Positions 1 through 18,700 of a stretch of DNA of 35,462 nucleotides are shown piece by piece. The DNA is taken from positions 1-35,462 of the forward strand of contig JYFJ02004028.1 in the NCBI GenBank assembly GCA_000934665.2, in the 5' to 3' direction. The stretch's first letter is position 1. The number at the start of each line of letters is the position of its first letter. The notes under the pieces were generated by a model, which worked only from the letters and a program-made list of their open reading frames with translations, did not search any database and had not been told where the DNA came from. Made by a program: the position numbers and the translations under genes. The stretch is from Catajapyx aquilonaris (taxonomy: Eukaryota).

Positions 1-240
1 GAGGGCCAACACTCTGCCCTCTAACGGGCGCAAGCCCAAGTTCATGCGGGCGGCCGGATTTTCACGCGAACGCCAAATAACATTGCGTGGCGAGTCTCAC
101 TACTTTGTAGTCTCTGGTCTGACACAATAAAATAGCAAATATATTTTTATAAATTAATTTGGCTTTTCTTTAACTCGATTAAGGTATTTGGCAATAATTA
201 CTATTTAGTAATACATTTACATTTATACGTGGTTTGACCT

Positions 241-292
241 TGGCACCGTTGGCACCACTGTTAACAGTAGACAATCGAGTCAAGATGGCGGC
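241..292 (+). promoter_or_regulatory. Putative core-promoter/5' UTR motifs of NARFL
   Basis: TGGCACC twice (241-247, 250-256; TGGCACCACTG resembles insect housekeeping Motif-1-type elements) and AAGATGGCGG (YY1-like) overlapping the ATG. Motif resemblance only. Confidence 0.3.
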
Positions 293-2957
293 TTCTGGTT
301 TCAGTGGAGTTTTACAACTGACTAATCTGGACGATTTTATAACTCCGTCGCAGGTACTGTAATATCAAGTGTGCCTACTGCATAGCGTACATAATATACA
401 TGCCTAATATGCCTAATACTGCTTTGTTAATTTTGAGAATTTTGATGAGTGATGCTGTTTTACGTTTGGAAAAGGGTGTTCATTTTTTGATAATTACACT
501 CAATATTTGTGTGTCATGTCGAGTGCTGTCTGTTTGGGGTCATGTGAGCCATGGCGATAAGTTATATAGCCTACGCATAGACGAGATTATTCTAGGTTTT
601 CCTAATTATCTGTTACATGTGTCGATTACATTTTTAACTCATAATAAATTGCACCTCATTTTTCATGGTTGACAACCTCTTAGGAAAATGTCATAAAGTG
701 TGTATGTGTTTATAATATGGAAGTGTGCATGTGTAGGGGGCGAAACGTATGACATCATATGTTGCAATATTTACGTGTGTATCAAATGTTCATGTTTTAG
801 GGTGTTGATGTTGTGGCTAATTAATTACATAATGTGGAACCCTAGTCTGGACAGATAGAAGAGGTAGCTTAACCTTGGGATAAGTTGGTAACATACAGTA
901 TTTGCATTCTTAGAAGTAAATATAACTTACCCATGGTGAGTTACCTCAGTTGTCTGGACTGAGGTCCAGTTGCACCATCTCCAGGAAAAGTATACAGCTA
1001 CAAAGAGACAGACATTTTCATACCATATGTCTTTGTTCTAATGATCACCTCTACACACAGGAATGCATCAAGCCTGTGCAAATTAACAAGCAAGAAGGAT
1101 CTGAGCGAGTGACAATACACCTGGAAGATGATGGAACCTATGTTCAAATACAGGAAGTAAGATGCACCAATATTATAGCCTACTGTCGTTGTGTAATAGA
1201 CAAGTAACAAGGTGTAAATGTTCTCAATTTTAGGATGGACAGAAGCAGCGGCTGGAGAAGGTTGGGATTACACTCAGCGATTGCTTAGCTTGCAGTGGAT
1301 GCATCACTTCAGCAGAGAGTGTTCTTATCTCCCAGCAGAACCATGATGAACTGCTCCGCGTCATGCAAAACAATATTCACGGTGTAAGCATACTGGGTCA
1401 GGGGTGGCTAGAATTCTGTCATCATGGAAGCAAGTGCATGATAATTATGAAAGTTTGCCACAGGTTATGTTTTCTTTCATGCTAAACCCTCAGTTGTGCA
1501 GCTTTAGTAGTTTTCAACTAAACATGTAATTTTAATAGTGCTTCCTCTTTGATACTGAAAGCTCCTAACTAGGCCATAGACATGAGATGTTTCATTCTTA
1601 AAAATTTGTCATGAATTTTAGGATGACAGTGACAAAGGAAAGAAGAAATTGGTTGTGGTGAGCCTGTCTTTGCAACCAGTGTTGTCCTTTGCAGCTAAGT
1701 ATGATGTGACACCTGACGTAGCGGCTTGCAAATTGGCAGGTTAGTAAAAGGGAGTATCAGACAGAGATGAATTGCAACTAACATATTTGTCGTCATGTAG
1801 GATTCTTCAAGAGTCGAGGTGCTGACTTGGTTCTAGATATGGCAGTTGCAGAAAGTCTCTGTCTCATTACAACCCAAAATGAATTTATGCAGAGGTGGAC
1901 AGCCAAAAAAGGAGAGTCAAAAGATGGAATGTTGCCCATGCTTGCCTCTGCTTGCCCAGGTATGTTTTAGAATCTTTGCAAAATGACGTGATATTAATTC
2001 TCGGAATGAATAGGCTGGATCTGCTATGCTGAGAAGACACATGGCAGCTTCATCTTGCCATACATCTCCACTACAAAATCTCCACAACAACTGATGGGCA
2101 GCCTTGTCAAATACTGGCTGTCGGTTCAGAAGGGATTTTCACCTGAGAGAACTTATCATGCCACCATTATGCCTTGCTATGACAAAAAGTTGGAGGCCTC
2201 ACGAGGGGATTTTCGTGATGCTGATGGTATCCAGGAGGTGGATTGTGTGGTGACTCCCGGTAAGTTAAAGTAGATGGGTGAAGTTTTTTTTGGTACATGC
2301 TTGTTTTTTCCCTGCAGTTGAATTGGAGCAGCTGCTGGTGTCAGAAGGGCTATCATTTCTAGATGTAACTTCACAGCCTTTGGATTTTCCATTTGAAGAA
2401 GGACGGACTGGACTTGCAAGACATGTAGGGTCTGGATCAGGTGGATATGCTGAACACGTTCTGCGGTACTCATCTAAGGCATTGTTTGGACAGGAAACAC
2501 CTGATGTTGACTTCAAGCCTCTCAAGTGAGCATCTCTTCTTATAATTCTCATCGTTCCTCACCTGACATGTGAATTTCCATTAGGAACATAGATTTCCAA
2601 GAGGCAGTAATAGAAAAGAATGGACAAACTCTTCGAATAGGAGTTGCAAATGGATTTCGTAACATCCAGAACCTAGTACAGCGGCTGAAGCGGCACAAGT
2701 GCTCCTATGATTATGTGGAGGTAATGGCTTGCCCATCTGGATGCCTGAATGGAGGAGCACAACTCCGCCCATCAAATGGACAGACTTCAAAGGATCTGAC
2801 TGCTCATCTGGAGACCCTAATGCAGGAATTGCCCATTCTCCAACCAGAAGTGGACCATATTATGCAGATGTTAGGCTCTGAATGGCTCTCAAAGCATCTT
2901 CATACAGGATATCATGCTATAGAGAAGCCAACAAATGCTTTGGTAATCAAGTGGTGA
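285..2957 (+). CDS. NARFL: Cytosolic Fe-S cluster assembly factor NARFL/CIAO3 (Nar1/IOP1, iron-only hydrogenase-like), 8 coding exons, 472 aa
   Basis: Exons 285-353, 1061-1156, 1234-1383, 1622-1739, 1801-1959, 2014-2259, 2318-2525, 2585-2957, all GT-AG, phases join to an open 1419-nt frame. Translation has [94 protein letters not shown] and a C-terminal KW; these are the hallmark Nar1/NARFL motifs. Confidence 0.96.
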
Positions 2958-2966
2958 TTTTGCAAT

Positions 2967-2972
2967 ATTAAA
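2967..2972 (+). promoter_or_regulatory. Candidate polyadenylation signal (ATTAAA) of NARFL
   Basis: ATTAAA 10 nt after the stop codon, followed by TG/T-rich sequence. Confidence 0.35.
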
Positions 2973-3349
2973 GTTGTGATTGTATGAATACACAACAGTA
3001 TAATTTATTAAGTCTAGTGAAGTATATACAAGTGTGGTGTCAAAGCATGAATGGTATGCTAGCATCCTGATTGAATGTAGTGGAAGTTTCACCACAAGCT
3101 GGGAAAAGGCAGAGGATAACCAAGATTGCTTGTTCTTTCATCATTGGTAGGCTGCATATTTTTAGAATGTGGGTTACTGCCACCACCTGATTTGCTTTTC
3201 TTGCGTGGCCTAAGTTACTTTGTCATTAATTTTGAGCAACTTGATCAAATCACGAGGTGCATTTAACTCCTTGCAAAAGTGGACATTTAGACTGCGTATA
3301 ATAGACTTCAGCTTACATTGCACCAGTGGATATTTGTAATCGGTTTATG

Positions 3350-4124
3350 CAGGGTGGATCAGAAGTCGGTACCTATTTTTATTTCTGAATAACTTTCCAA
3401 CGAGTACACCTACGGAAGTCAAACATGATTCACAATGTGATGGAATTCATAAGAATTTATCTGGGTGACGCTTTGCTACTGTGGCACTGCTACCGAGGAC
3501 AGCTTTACACTTCTTCCGTGGTGGCGCTGTTAGTGGGCGCAGGTTGACACTTCTTGCCGTGGGCATTTCCACGCAAACACAGACATACTGCCCGTTCGTA
3601 ACGCAGGTTTTGCAGACATGTACTAGCATATTTTATTGTAACAATACACACACATTGCATGAAATGGATTAAGCATGGATTAACCATCCTGTCATTGTTA
3701 TAATAAAATACAGTTGTGCACGTAGGCAAAACTTGTGTTACGAATGGACGGATGCATCATGGAAAGCCCCCGTGGTGGCGCTGATAATGGGGGGCAGATG
3801 TCTGTGATGTACGAATGGGGTCAGAGTGTTCGGGGGCTAGCCTGTGATATCACAGAGAGCGAGAGAGGTTGTCCGACATTTTGTTAACAGCTGACCCTGT
3901 TATCAGCACCTCCACGGCAAGAAGTGTCAACCTGCGCCCGCTAACAGCGCCACTGCGGAAGAAGTGTAAAGCTGCGCTCGGTAGCAGTGCCACAGTAGCA
4001 AAGTGTCACCCAGATAAATTCTTATGAATTCCCGCACATTTTGAATTATGTTTGACTTCCGTAGGTGTACTCGTTGGAAATTTATTCGGAAATAAAAATA
4101 GGTACCGACTTCTGATCCACCCTG
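3350..4124. mobile_element. Tc1/mariner-type MITE with about 213-bp terminal inverted repeats
   Basis: Arms 3350-3562 and 3912-4124 are near-perfect reverse complements; termini CAGGGTG...CACCCTG; flanking TA duplication is degenerate (TG / GA). Confidence 0.88.
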
Positions 4125-4934
4125 GATATTTGTGCATTTTGACAGTTTGCTCACACAATCCACATATTTTGTTCTCCATGGAATATTTTTGCAAGTGATA
4201 CCTTTCTTAGGAACAATAACCTAGCTATCTATGGGAACAGGCTCGTTGCTGCACTATGTAAAAAAATTCTCCTTGCCTGGAATGTGTGGGGAACATAATC
4301 ACTGTCCATTTCTTCTCTCTCAGCCTGTCTGCAAAGTGAAAAATTGACAAGTGTTGGTTTTGAGGACAGAAAGAATGATTCATTTACGCAAAAATTTTAT
4401 CGCAGTAAAAATGATTCAATCAACACATAAAATAGGCAGACATTCCATGAATGCCTCCTGTTTGGCTCCCTCTTAATAGCTTTGAACACAGCTGAAAAGA
4501 GATGCTAAATGGAAGGGTTCATCTTGCTCCAACAATTATGATGCAATCCACTGGATTATGACAAGACATCATTAATTATTTACACTGGTGTAGCCACAAG
4601 GCATTTCTCTTAACATCAGGGATCTGAGGGAACCATTCCTCAAATCATGTTTCTTCCAGTTTCACACACAACATGATCCTACACGAGACATATCCAACTT
4701 GGAATTTCAAAACACCCTTCTGACTGTCTTGTGCTCTGAGGTGCAATTAGAATCTGGCTAAAACATCATTTTAAAAATAGGTGAACATGCCATTCAGGCC
4801 CTCAATATGTCCCTGCAATGCAGATTAAATAAGCCATCAAGTTGAAAAAAAAAGAAAAGCACTTCACACAAACGAAGTTATTGCAAATTCAACGAAGTCC
4901 ACTTTCTAATTTGCTTTCGAGAGCATGCTCCAGA

Positions 4935-12114
<7,180 letters not shown>

Positions 12115-12711
12115 GTTTCCACTCTAGAACGTTACCTTTATTGCGTTCGGAAATTACATGTCACTCAATGGCCAGTTTGTTCGTTCGGAAATTCCTTCTG
12201 CTCAGTTCACATTCGCTTCTCAATAGGGGAGTGCCTAAAGAGCTTAAATGTACCGGCAGCTTGTCCGTGAATAGCATAGGCAGTATGACTACTAGAAAAC
12301 TGCGTTGAGTCATCATTGTGAGATGTACAATCATGAGTAATGTGCAGTAATGTGCATGACGTCACCTTGTAAGCACAGCTAGCATACGTATTTCTGAATT
12401 CACCCGCATAAGAATTCTACAATTTATTAGTTAAGAATTAATAGGATACTGTTACATTTAAAACTTGGGCACACCCTGATTACAACATTAAGTAAATTTG
12501 AAAAAAAATAAGCAGCTGTAAAAACAATAGAAGGTTGGCCTCATTTTTATTTTCCAATTTCCATAAATGGCCGCCACTAGAAAAGTTCGAGCAGGTGTTA
12601 ACTTTTTATTCTCAAAATCAAGTGGTTTTGACGGGAAGCAGCATGAATAAGAGGGAACAGCTGTGCTGAGGAGACTTGTAAGGATACGGAGATACTGTGT
12701 GAGCATCGACA
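12115..12711. promoter_or_regulatory. Probable bidirectional promoter region between TVP23 and ZIP11
   Basis: Divergent ATGs at 12114 (-) and 12712 (+); duplicated 12-mer CGTTCGGAAATT (12144-12155, 12182-12193; contains ETS-like CGGAA) and a CRE palindrome TGACGTCA (12357-12364). TSS positions are not visible. Confidence 0.6.
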
Positions 12712-15700
12712 ATGATCGAAGGTTGGAATCCCGTCGCTCAGGCTTTCCTCGGAACACTGTTCACCTGGGGACTTACAGCTGCTGGAGCCGGCCTGGTTGT
12801 ATTTGTGCATGGATCACAGGTGAGCATATATTACGTTCTTTTATTGCCTTGTATGGTTGAGATGCGAGACATGACTGATGCATATGACAGAGAAATTCAT
12901 AAATATGGAAAATTGGGACATTTTTTTTTGTAGTACTCAACTTTAAATGTTCCAGACCATTCCAGACATGTCCAGGCAGGCAGTTGTTGATGGTTTGATT
13001 AGCATTGCTGTATATGGAAAGTGGTGAGAGTATATTGAAAGAGTAATTAAAATTATTTTTGGGAAAAGTCATCAGTTTCTGTTCCCGACAATTATAGGAA
13101 GTTTATTGGTAAATCTTAGACATGGGGCATGAATATAGTTATACTACAACTAGGCATATATGCAGACCTTGGTGGAAGAATGATCAAGGTCCACTTTTTG
13201 TCGGAAATGAGTTACTCATCTCAGAAGATACTTTTACTAGTGTAGAATATGATGCTTTGGTCGTGGTCGTGGTTGTGGTCGTGGTAATGATCATAGGCCT
13301 CGAAAGTGGCATTTACAATGGAACCTTATGGGCCTTTGAAATTTAAAATCATTAGAATATCTCAGTTTCACCTGAGGTGGACCTTGATCATTCTTCCCCC
13401 GAGGTCTTCATATAGGAAGAGCTCTTCTTAGTTTGACCCAAGATTCTAGTCCAGAGTAATGCAAAACTTTGCATGGTCATGACCAGTGGGTGGTCCACCA
13501 AGTAATTTATGAATTAGTTCTATTTTTTCAATAAACATTTTGTTCACTGTAAACCTATTTTTTCAAGATAGTAGTGCAGGAAATAGGTCAATGACAGTGT
13601 TAGAAATTTGTCTTAATTTTCTGTTGTTGTTTTTTTTCACTTTTTCATCTCCTGAGAAGATACATGTGTAGGATGTGGATTCCACAATTTGATTTGAGAA
13701 CCAGATGTGTCTGCCTGCTACGAAAAGCTTCCAAGAATGGAACAAGACTAGTGCCAAACTCATAGTTATGCTTACCTGTACAGAATGAATTTACAGAATT
13801 ATGTGTTTATTTCCATTGTTACCGGTTACTTGACACCACCATTACAAAACCCAGTATCTGACATTTGGCAGGAAATTGAGATATGATCATGTGTGTACAG
13901 TCACGAGCATAAAGATGTGGACAGTCTTCTGCCCTCTGGTCTACCGTCCACATCTTTATGTTCGCAACTGTACCTACCAGGACGAACTTCATGCATTTAA
14001 AAATTCTCGCATGTCTAATGTCAGTGGTGGTGCAATACTTTATGTCGGTGAAACCCAGTATTCAATGCATCACTGTGCTAACCCAATTCATGTTATGGCC
14101 CAGCCCCCCGCAACTAGCTCTCTTTTCCCATGCGCTTAACTGGTCCGCTATCCCCGGATGTAGAGTCCGAATACCAGGATGTGAGCCATGTTCCAAAACG
14201 CATTCAGGCCAACGCATTCAGATCTGTTCTGAGCCTACCTATATTGTCAACTCCCATTCATCCCCTGTTTGCAGATCCAACCTTCAGTCACCAATTATTG
14301 GAACGGTCCAAATCGCTGATAGTTGGATCTGCTAACGGGGGCTGATGGGAGCTGACAATATAGCTAGGTTCAGAACGGTTCAGAGACGTCCCCCCGAATG
14401 AGTTTTGGAACAGGGCTCCACTTCCGGGTATTCGGACTCTACATCTGGGGATAGCGGACCAGCTAAGCGCACGGCCTTCCCCTTATGGCTAGATAGGAAG
14501 TTGCGGGGGGCTGTTTGGGCCTCTCCTGTAAAATTTACAAATATGCAGACACTGGGTTTTGGAACCTGCCAAATTCTAAATCCCATCACCCCCCACCAGT
14601 GACCACAGTAGTGATTGCACCAGAGCAGGTAGCAGCAAGCTACCAAGTTGAAGGGTGCAGGTGATTCAAGTCAGCCACCATTGAATTGGCATTGTTATCA
14701 TTTATGTCCTATCATTATTGCTGATGGTTGTACTGCATTCATGAAGTAGATCCTGAGAATGTCTTTTTTCCACTCTGAACAGTCATGTACCTCATCTCAC
14801 CATATTGGTATGCCACGTATGAATTGTGTGAAGTGGTCTTCTCAACATATTGAATTCTGACAATGCAACATAAATTGTTTCAGAGAAAGCTCCTTGATGC
14901 CAGTTTGGGATTTGCAGCAGGTGTGATGCTTGCAGCGTCATACTGGTCTCTTTTAGCTCCTGCAATTGACGTTGCTGTTCAATCAGGCACATATGGTGCT
15001 AATGGAGAATGGGCCTTTCTGCCTGTTGCCATTGGCTTTGTCCTTGGTGCTGTATTTGTGTATGGAGCAGATGAACTTTTAAACCATTTTGGGATGACTT
15101 CTGATTCACCACTTGGACTTGGTAAGGTTGTTCATTGGTCTTGGATATGTGTGTGTAACTAATTTGTATTCTTTATGTGCAGCTATGCAAGTGCATCAGG
15201 AAGACAGCAGTTTAACATCAAGTAGTACTACTTGGAACGGAACAGGAAGTTATTCTACCACAGTTGTTGATGGTAGGTCAACATGTCCGGGGGAATACGG
15301 TAGAACGCATTTTGTAGGGAACTTAATTTTTTGTGGTGAAATGCGTCATTAATCCGGAAAAACATGAACTAGTTGCCCTGAGCAAAGGTACCATACTCGA
15401 TACGATCGTATTAAAATTGTGGACATATGGGCGCAGAAGCGTGTCCGATTTTGTCGCGATTTATTCACCATGTTATTCAAATTGACTTTTCAGAAACGCC
15501 GTTTCCTCTCACTTCAAGTCGCCGTAAGGGCATTTGTAGGCTGAAAATACGAACTAGGTGCCCTGCACCAGATCATCTACTATTTTTTGGTGCAATTTCT
15601 GTGTCGATTGAACCATTTTTGAGGCCATAAGGCTGCAGAAGCGTAGACCTGTCGAAACGTCCTATGCTGCATGCATACACAAGTTTGTTGGGACTAATTG

Positions 15701-18700
15701 TCGCCAGAGAGATACAAAGCTTAGACGCCAGTTTATAAGTTTCAAATGTAGGGCAGGAAGGCGGTGTAGAAACGTAAGGGGGCCACGGGGAATTGTTTGA
15801 GAGGGGGCAACAAATCCCTTCTGTTGTTATACAAGAGCATTTTTGCGATAGAGCGGACATGAAGAGAAGATTATTTTTTTCGTTGAATACCGCGTTTTAT
15901 CACACCAATCGGATGCTCCACATCTCGACTAAATCATTCCAACCTTAAAATTGCCCAGTGTTGCTGTTCTTTGGCACCAGCTGCTCGTATGTTCAACTGT
16001 GCACACAGACGGCCTTTTGGTGTCTGGGGACACGCGCGGATTTTGGTGCCTCTGTAAGCGTTGCCATTCATTCGATCACTTCTCAAGTGTGTCTGTTGGA
16101 TGCAGCTTGATGTCCTCTTTGGATGGATGTGCTTAAATTTTCGGAGGGTGATCTCTGTATGCGTCAGTTTCAGTAACTAATCAGAGTCATCTGAAAGTTT
16201 TGGTTCGTTACCAAAAATTACAAAAAATTCCTGTACGCACCCTATACCAATGATTTGGAGCGTCAAACTTGCAAACCTCCATGGGAGTCATGCAATACAG
16301 CGGTGTGCATAGATTCAGCCCAATACCACGCCTTCATGTATTTATTTGGACGGTAACAAACCAAAGCAACCACCTGCCGCCGAGCGCGCTCCCTCCAATA
16401 ATAAATAAATCCACAGCCGAAAATGCAGAAATTTTTATGTTATGGTTTTCAATGGTGCTGATTTTAGATCCGATGTCAAAAATTTGACATTTAAAATGGC
16501 AGATCCAATATGGCAGACAGCAGGGGCGACACGGTGGCCGAGTGGTTAGCACCGCAGCCTTCCACCTCTAAGGTCCCGAGTTCGATCCCCGGGTCGGAGG
16601 GGGGTTACTTATGTGGATAGAGTTTCGATGGGTTCTCCCCGTGCTCGCGTGGGTTTTCTCGGGGTTCTCTCGTTTCCACCCGCAATCAAAATCCATCACA
16701 TTACAGGCAAATGATTAAAGTCGGTTATTCAAAAGATGATCCCCTAAGAGGCCCAAGGGGCCTATCACGGGATATCCATTATTATTATTATATTATTATT
16801 ATTATTATTATTATATGGCAGACAGCATGTGCGAGAATTGGACAGTTATACAGTATTAGAATCGAAATGAGTTTACGGGGGCTTTAGAGGGCTCTGATTT
16901 CAAATTCCATGTAAAAAGTAATAATCAAAGTGGCACGATGTCTTATCCGAATATGCCCTGATGCTACCGCCGATTTTTTGGGGAGGAAGGGCGAGGGATA
17001 CCACTCCAGAGGAGGGCCTGTACTCTTCAATGGTTCTTATTTATGATGCTGAAAACAAATTTTCACGAATCCCTCAGGTTATAAACAGTTGCCTCTATTT
17101 ACAATGCCACTGCAAGATGGGTGGTCCGGAAGTTAATTGTCTCTAGGGGTCAAGGTGGCAGGTGGCATCTAGTCTTTGGTTCTTCCCAGTCATGAGAGCT
17201 TCCCGCTTTTTATCGCCCGTAAATTTAGAAATCTGCCTTTATCTGAATTTTTGCAGGTCTTAATTTAGTGGAAAATTGACTGAAATTACCCATTGTCAAT
17301 TACCTTCATTTATAGGCTTCGTAAATTTTTATAGAGTGTCACATTATGACTTTCTTATTCATATGCATAATTATATAATATCAAGTGGTCTATTCTTTTA
17401 ATTTCATATAATTTGCTGTTATAAATTTTTTAATAAGCATTTTTATTTAAATGTTTTCCCCTCAAGTTAGTTCATAACTTCATTAATGTGTCTGTGTCAG
17501 CCTGGTCCCCAAAGACTTGTGTGTAGGCAGGCAACACCCTTTTCATACTGGGTTACATCCAACATACACAATCATCACAGCATATATCGGCAAATTTAAT
17601 ATAGTCCCATGACGAGGTAGTCAGCGATGACCAGGTCATACGTCCCAGCCATCTCAATCGACCAATAGTATACGTGAGAATCCTCTGATGACTGGTCAGG
17701 TGTCCTGATGTGTCCCGTTTTAATTATGTACGTCCTGAAGTGGTAAAACAGCTGACAAATACTACCTGTGAAAAGGTCTGACTGGTAAAATCGCACGCCT
17801 TGGTTCATTACTTTTTTCTTGGTTTGTTACCGAGAGTTTTGTTGCGCTACGATGCAAAGAAAAGCAGATACCGGTATGACAAGGTGACCAATGGATTCCT
17901 CACACTTTTCTTCTCTAGAGCATTTCTATACTGCCATCACAACCACTTAGAATTCGCAGAGTTATGACGCAGTGTAACCCTGTGCAGAAATGTGTGTCCT
18001 CAAAACTTTGGTTCGTTACCATGTTTGTTCTCGCTCCTCTGGGGCTATCGAATGATATATCTATGTCGGATTTGTGGCAAAATTCAGTCCTCTCTACCTG
18101 GAACTCGTTAGAAAAAAAAAGAATCCTCGAAGGTTTTCCACAAGCATGGAAAACCACAATGAGAGTTTTAAAAAATCGTCCAAACTTTGGTTCATTACCG
18201 CAAAAATGCCCACAAACAATCGGTAGGCTCACTTCGACAGCTATCGCTGCAGAGCTATCTGGTTTACTGTATTTTTGCTACTGCGCCCCCTTAACCCCTT
18301 CAGCCCCAGATCGGCCCGAACCACACAGTTTTCGGCTTACGCGTACTCCGAAGATACGGACAAGATATTTTGCAAATAACAACAGCTATACTTACGAGAT
18401 CTGGGAAAACCCTATGAATGTGTCTGGAACCATTTTACTCGTCTAGAAGTCCCTAAATTAATTTCCAAAAAAGGGCTATAATAACTCGAAATTGGACTAC
18501 TGCCGGCCAACTTTTAGGCTGATTTAATTATGAAATGCGTGAAAATATGCGGAATAACAACCTTGAGAACCATGCCAGACGAATTTGCTGAAATCGTCGT
18601 ACTTTCTGAGAATAAATTAATATTTATTTGCGGCTTTCTAGCACTTAGGAAAACTCCTAAATGAGTATGAGATGAATTTTCTGAAATCGTCGTACTTCAT

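Noticed and set aside
285..2957. [FeFe]-hydrogenase or horizontally acquired gene
   Set aside because: Motifs and spliceosomal introns fit ordinary eukaryotic NARFL/CIAO3.
14130..14646. Apparent paralogous peptide pair on opposite strands
   Set aside because: Artefact of the inverted repeat; same for ORF pairs at 3447-4194, 22081-22309 and 34795-35216.
16523..16600. tRNA genes at the SINE heads (also 10858, 20203, 33386, 34395)
   Set aside because: A/B boxes are present but are followed by SINE bodies, simple-repeat tails and TSDs; no clean cloverleaf or terminator.
17964..18446. Longest ORF in the track (160 aa)
   Set aside because: It runs across a TE junction into the piggyBac-type TIR and has no recognisable motif.
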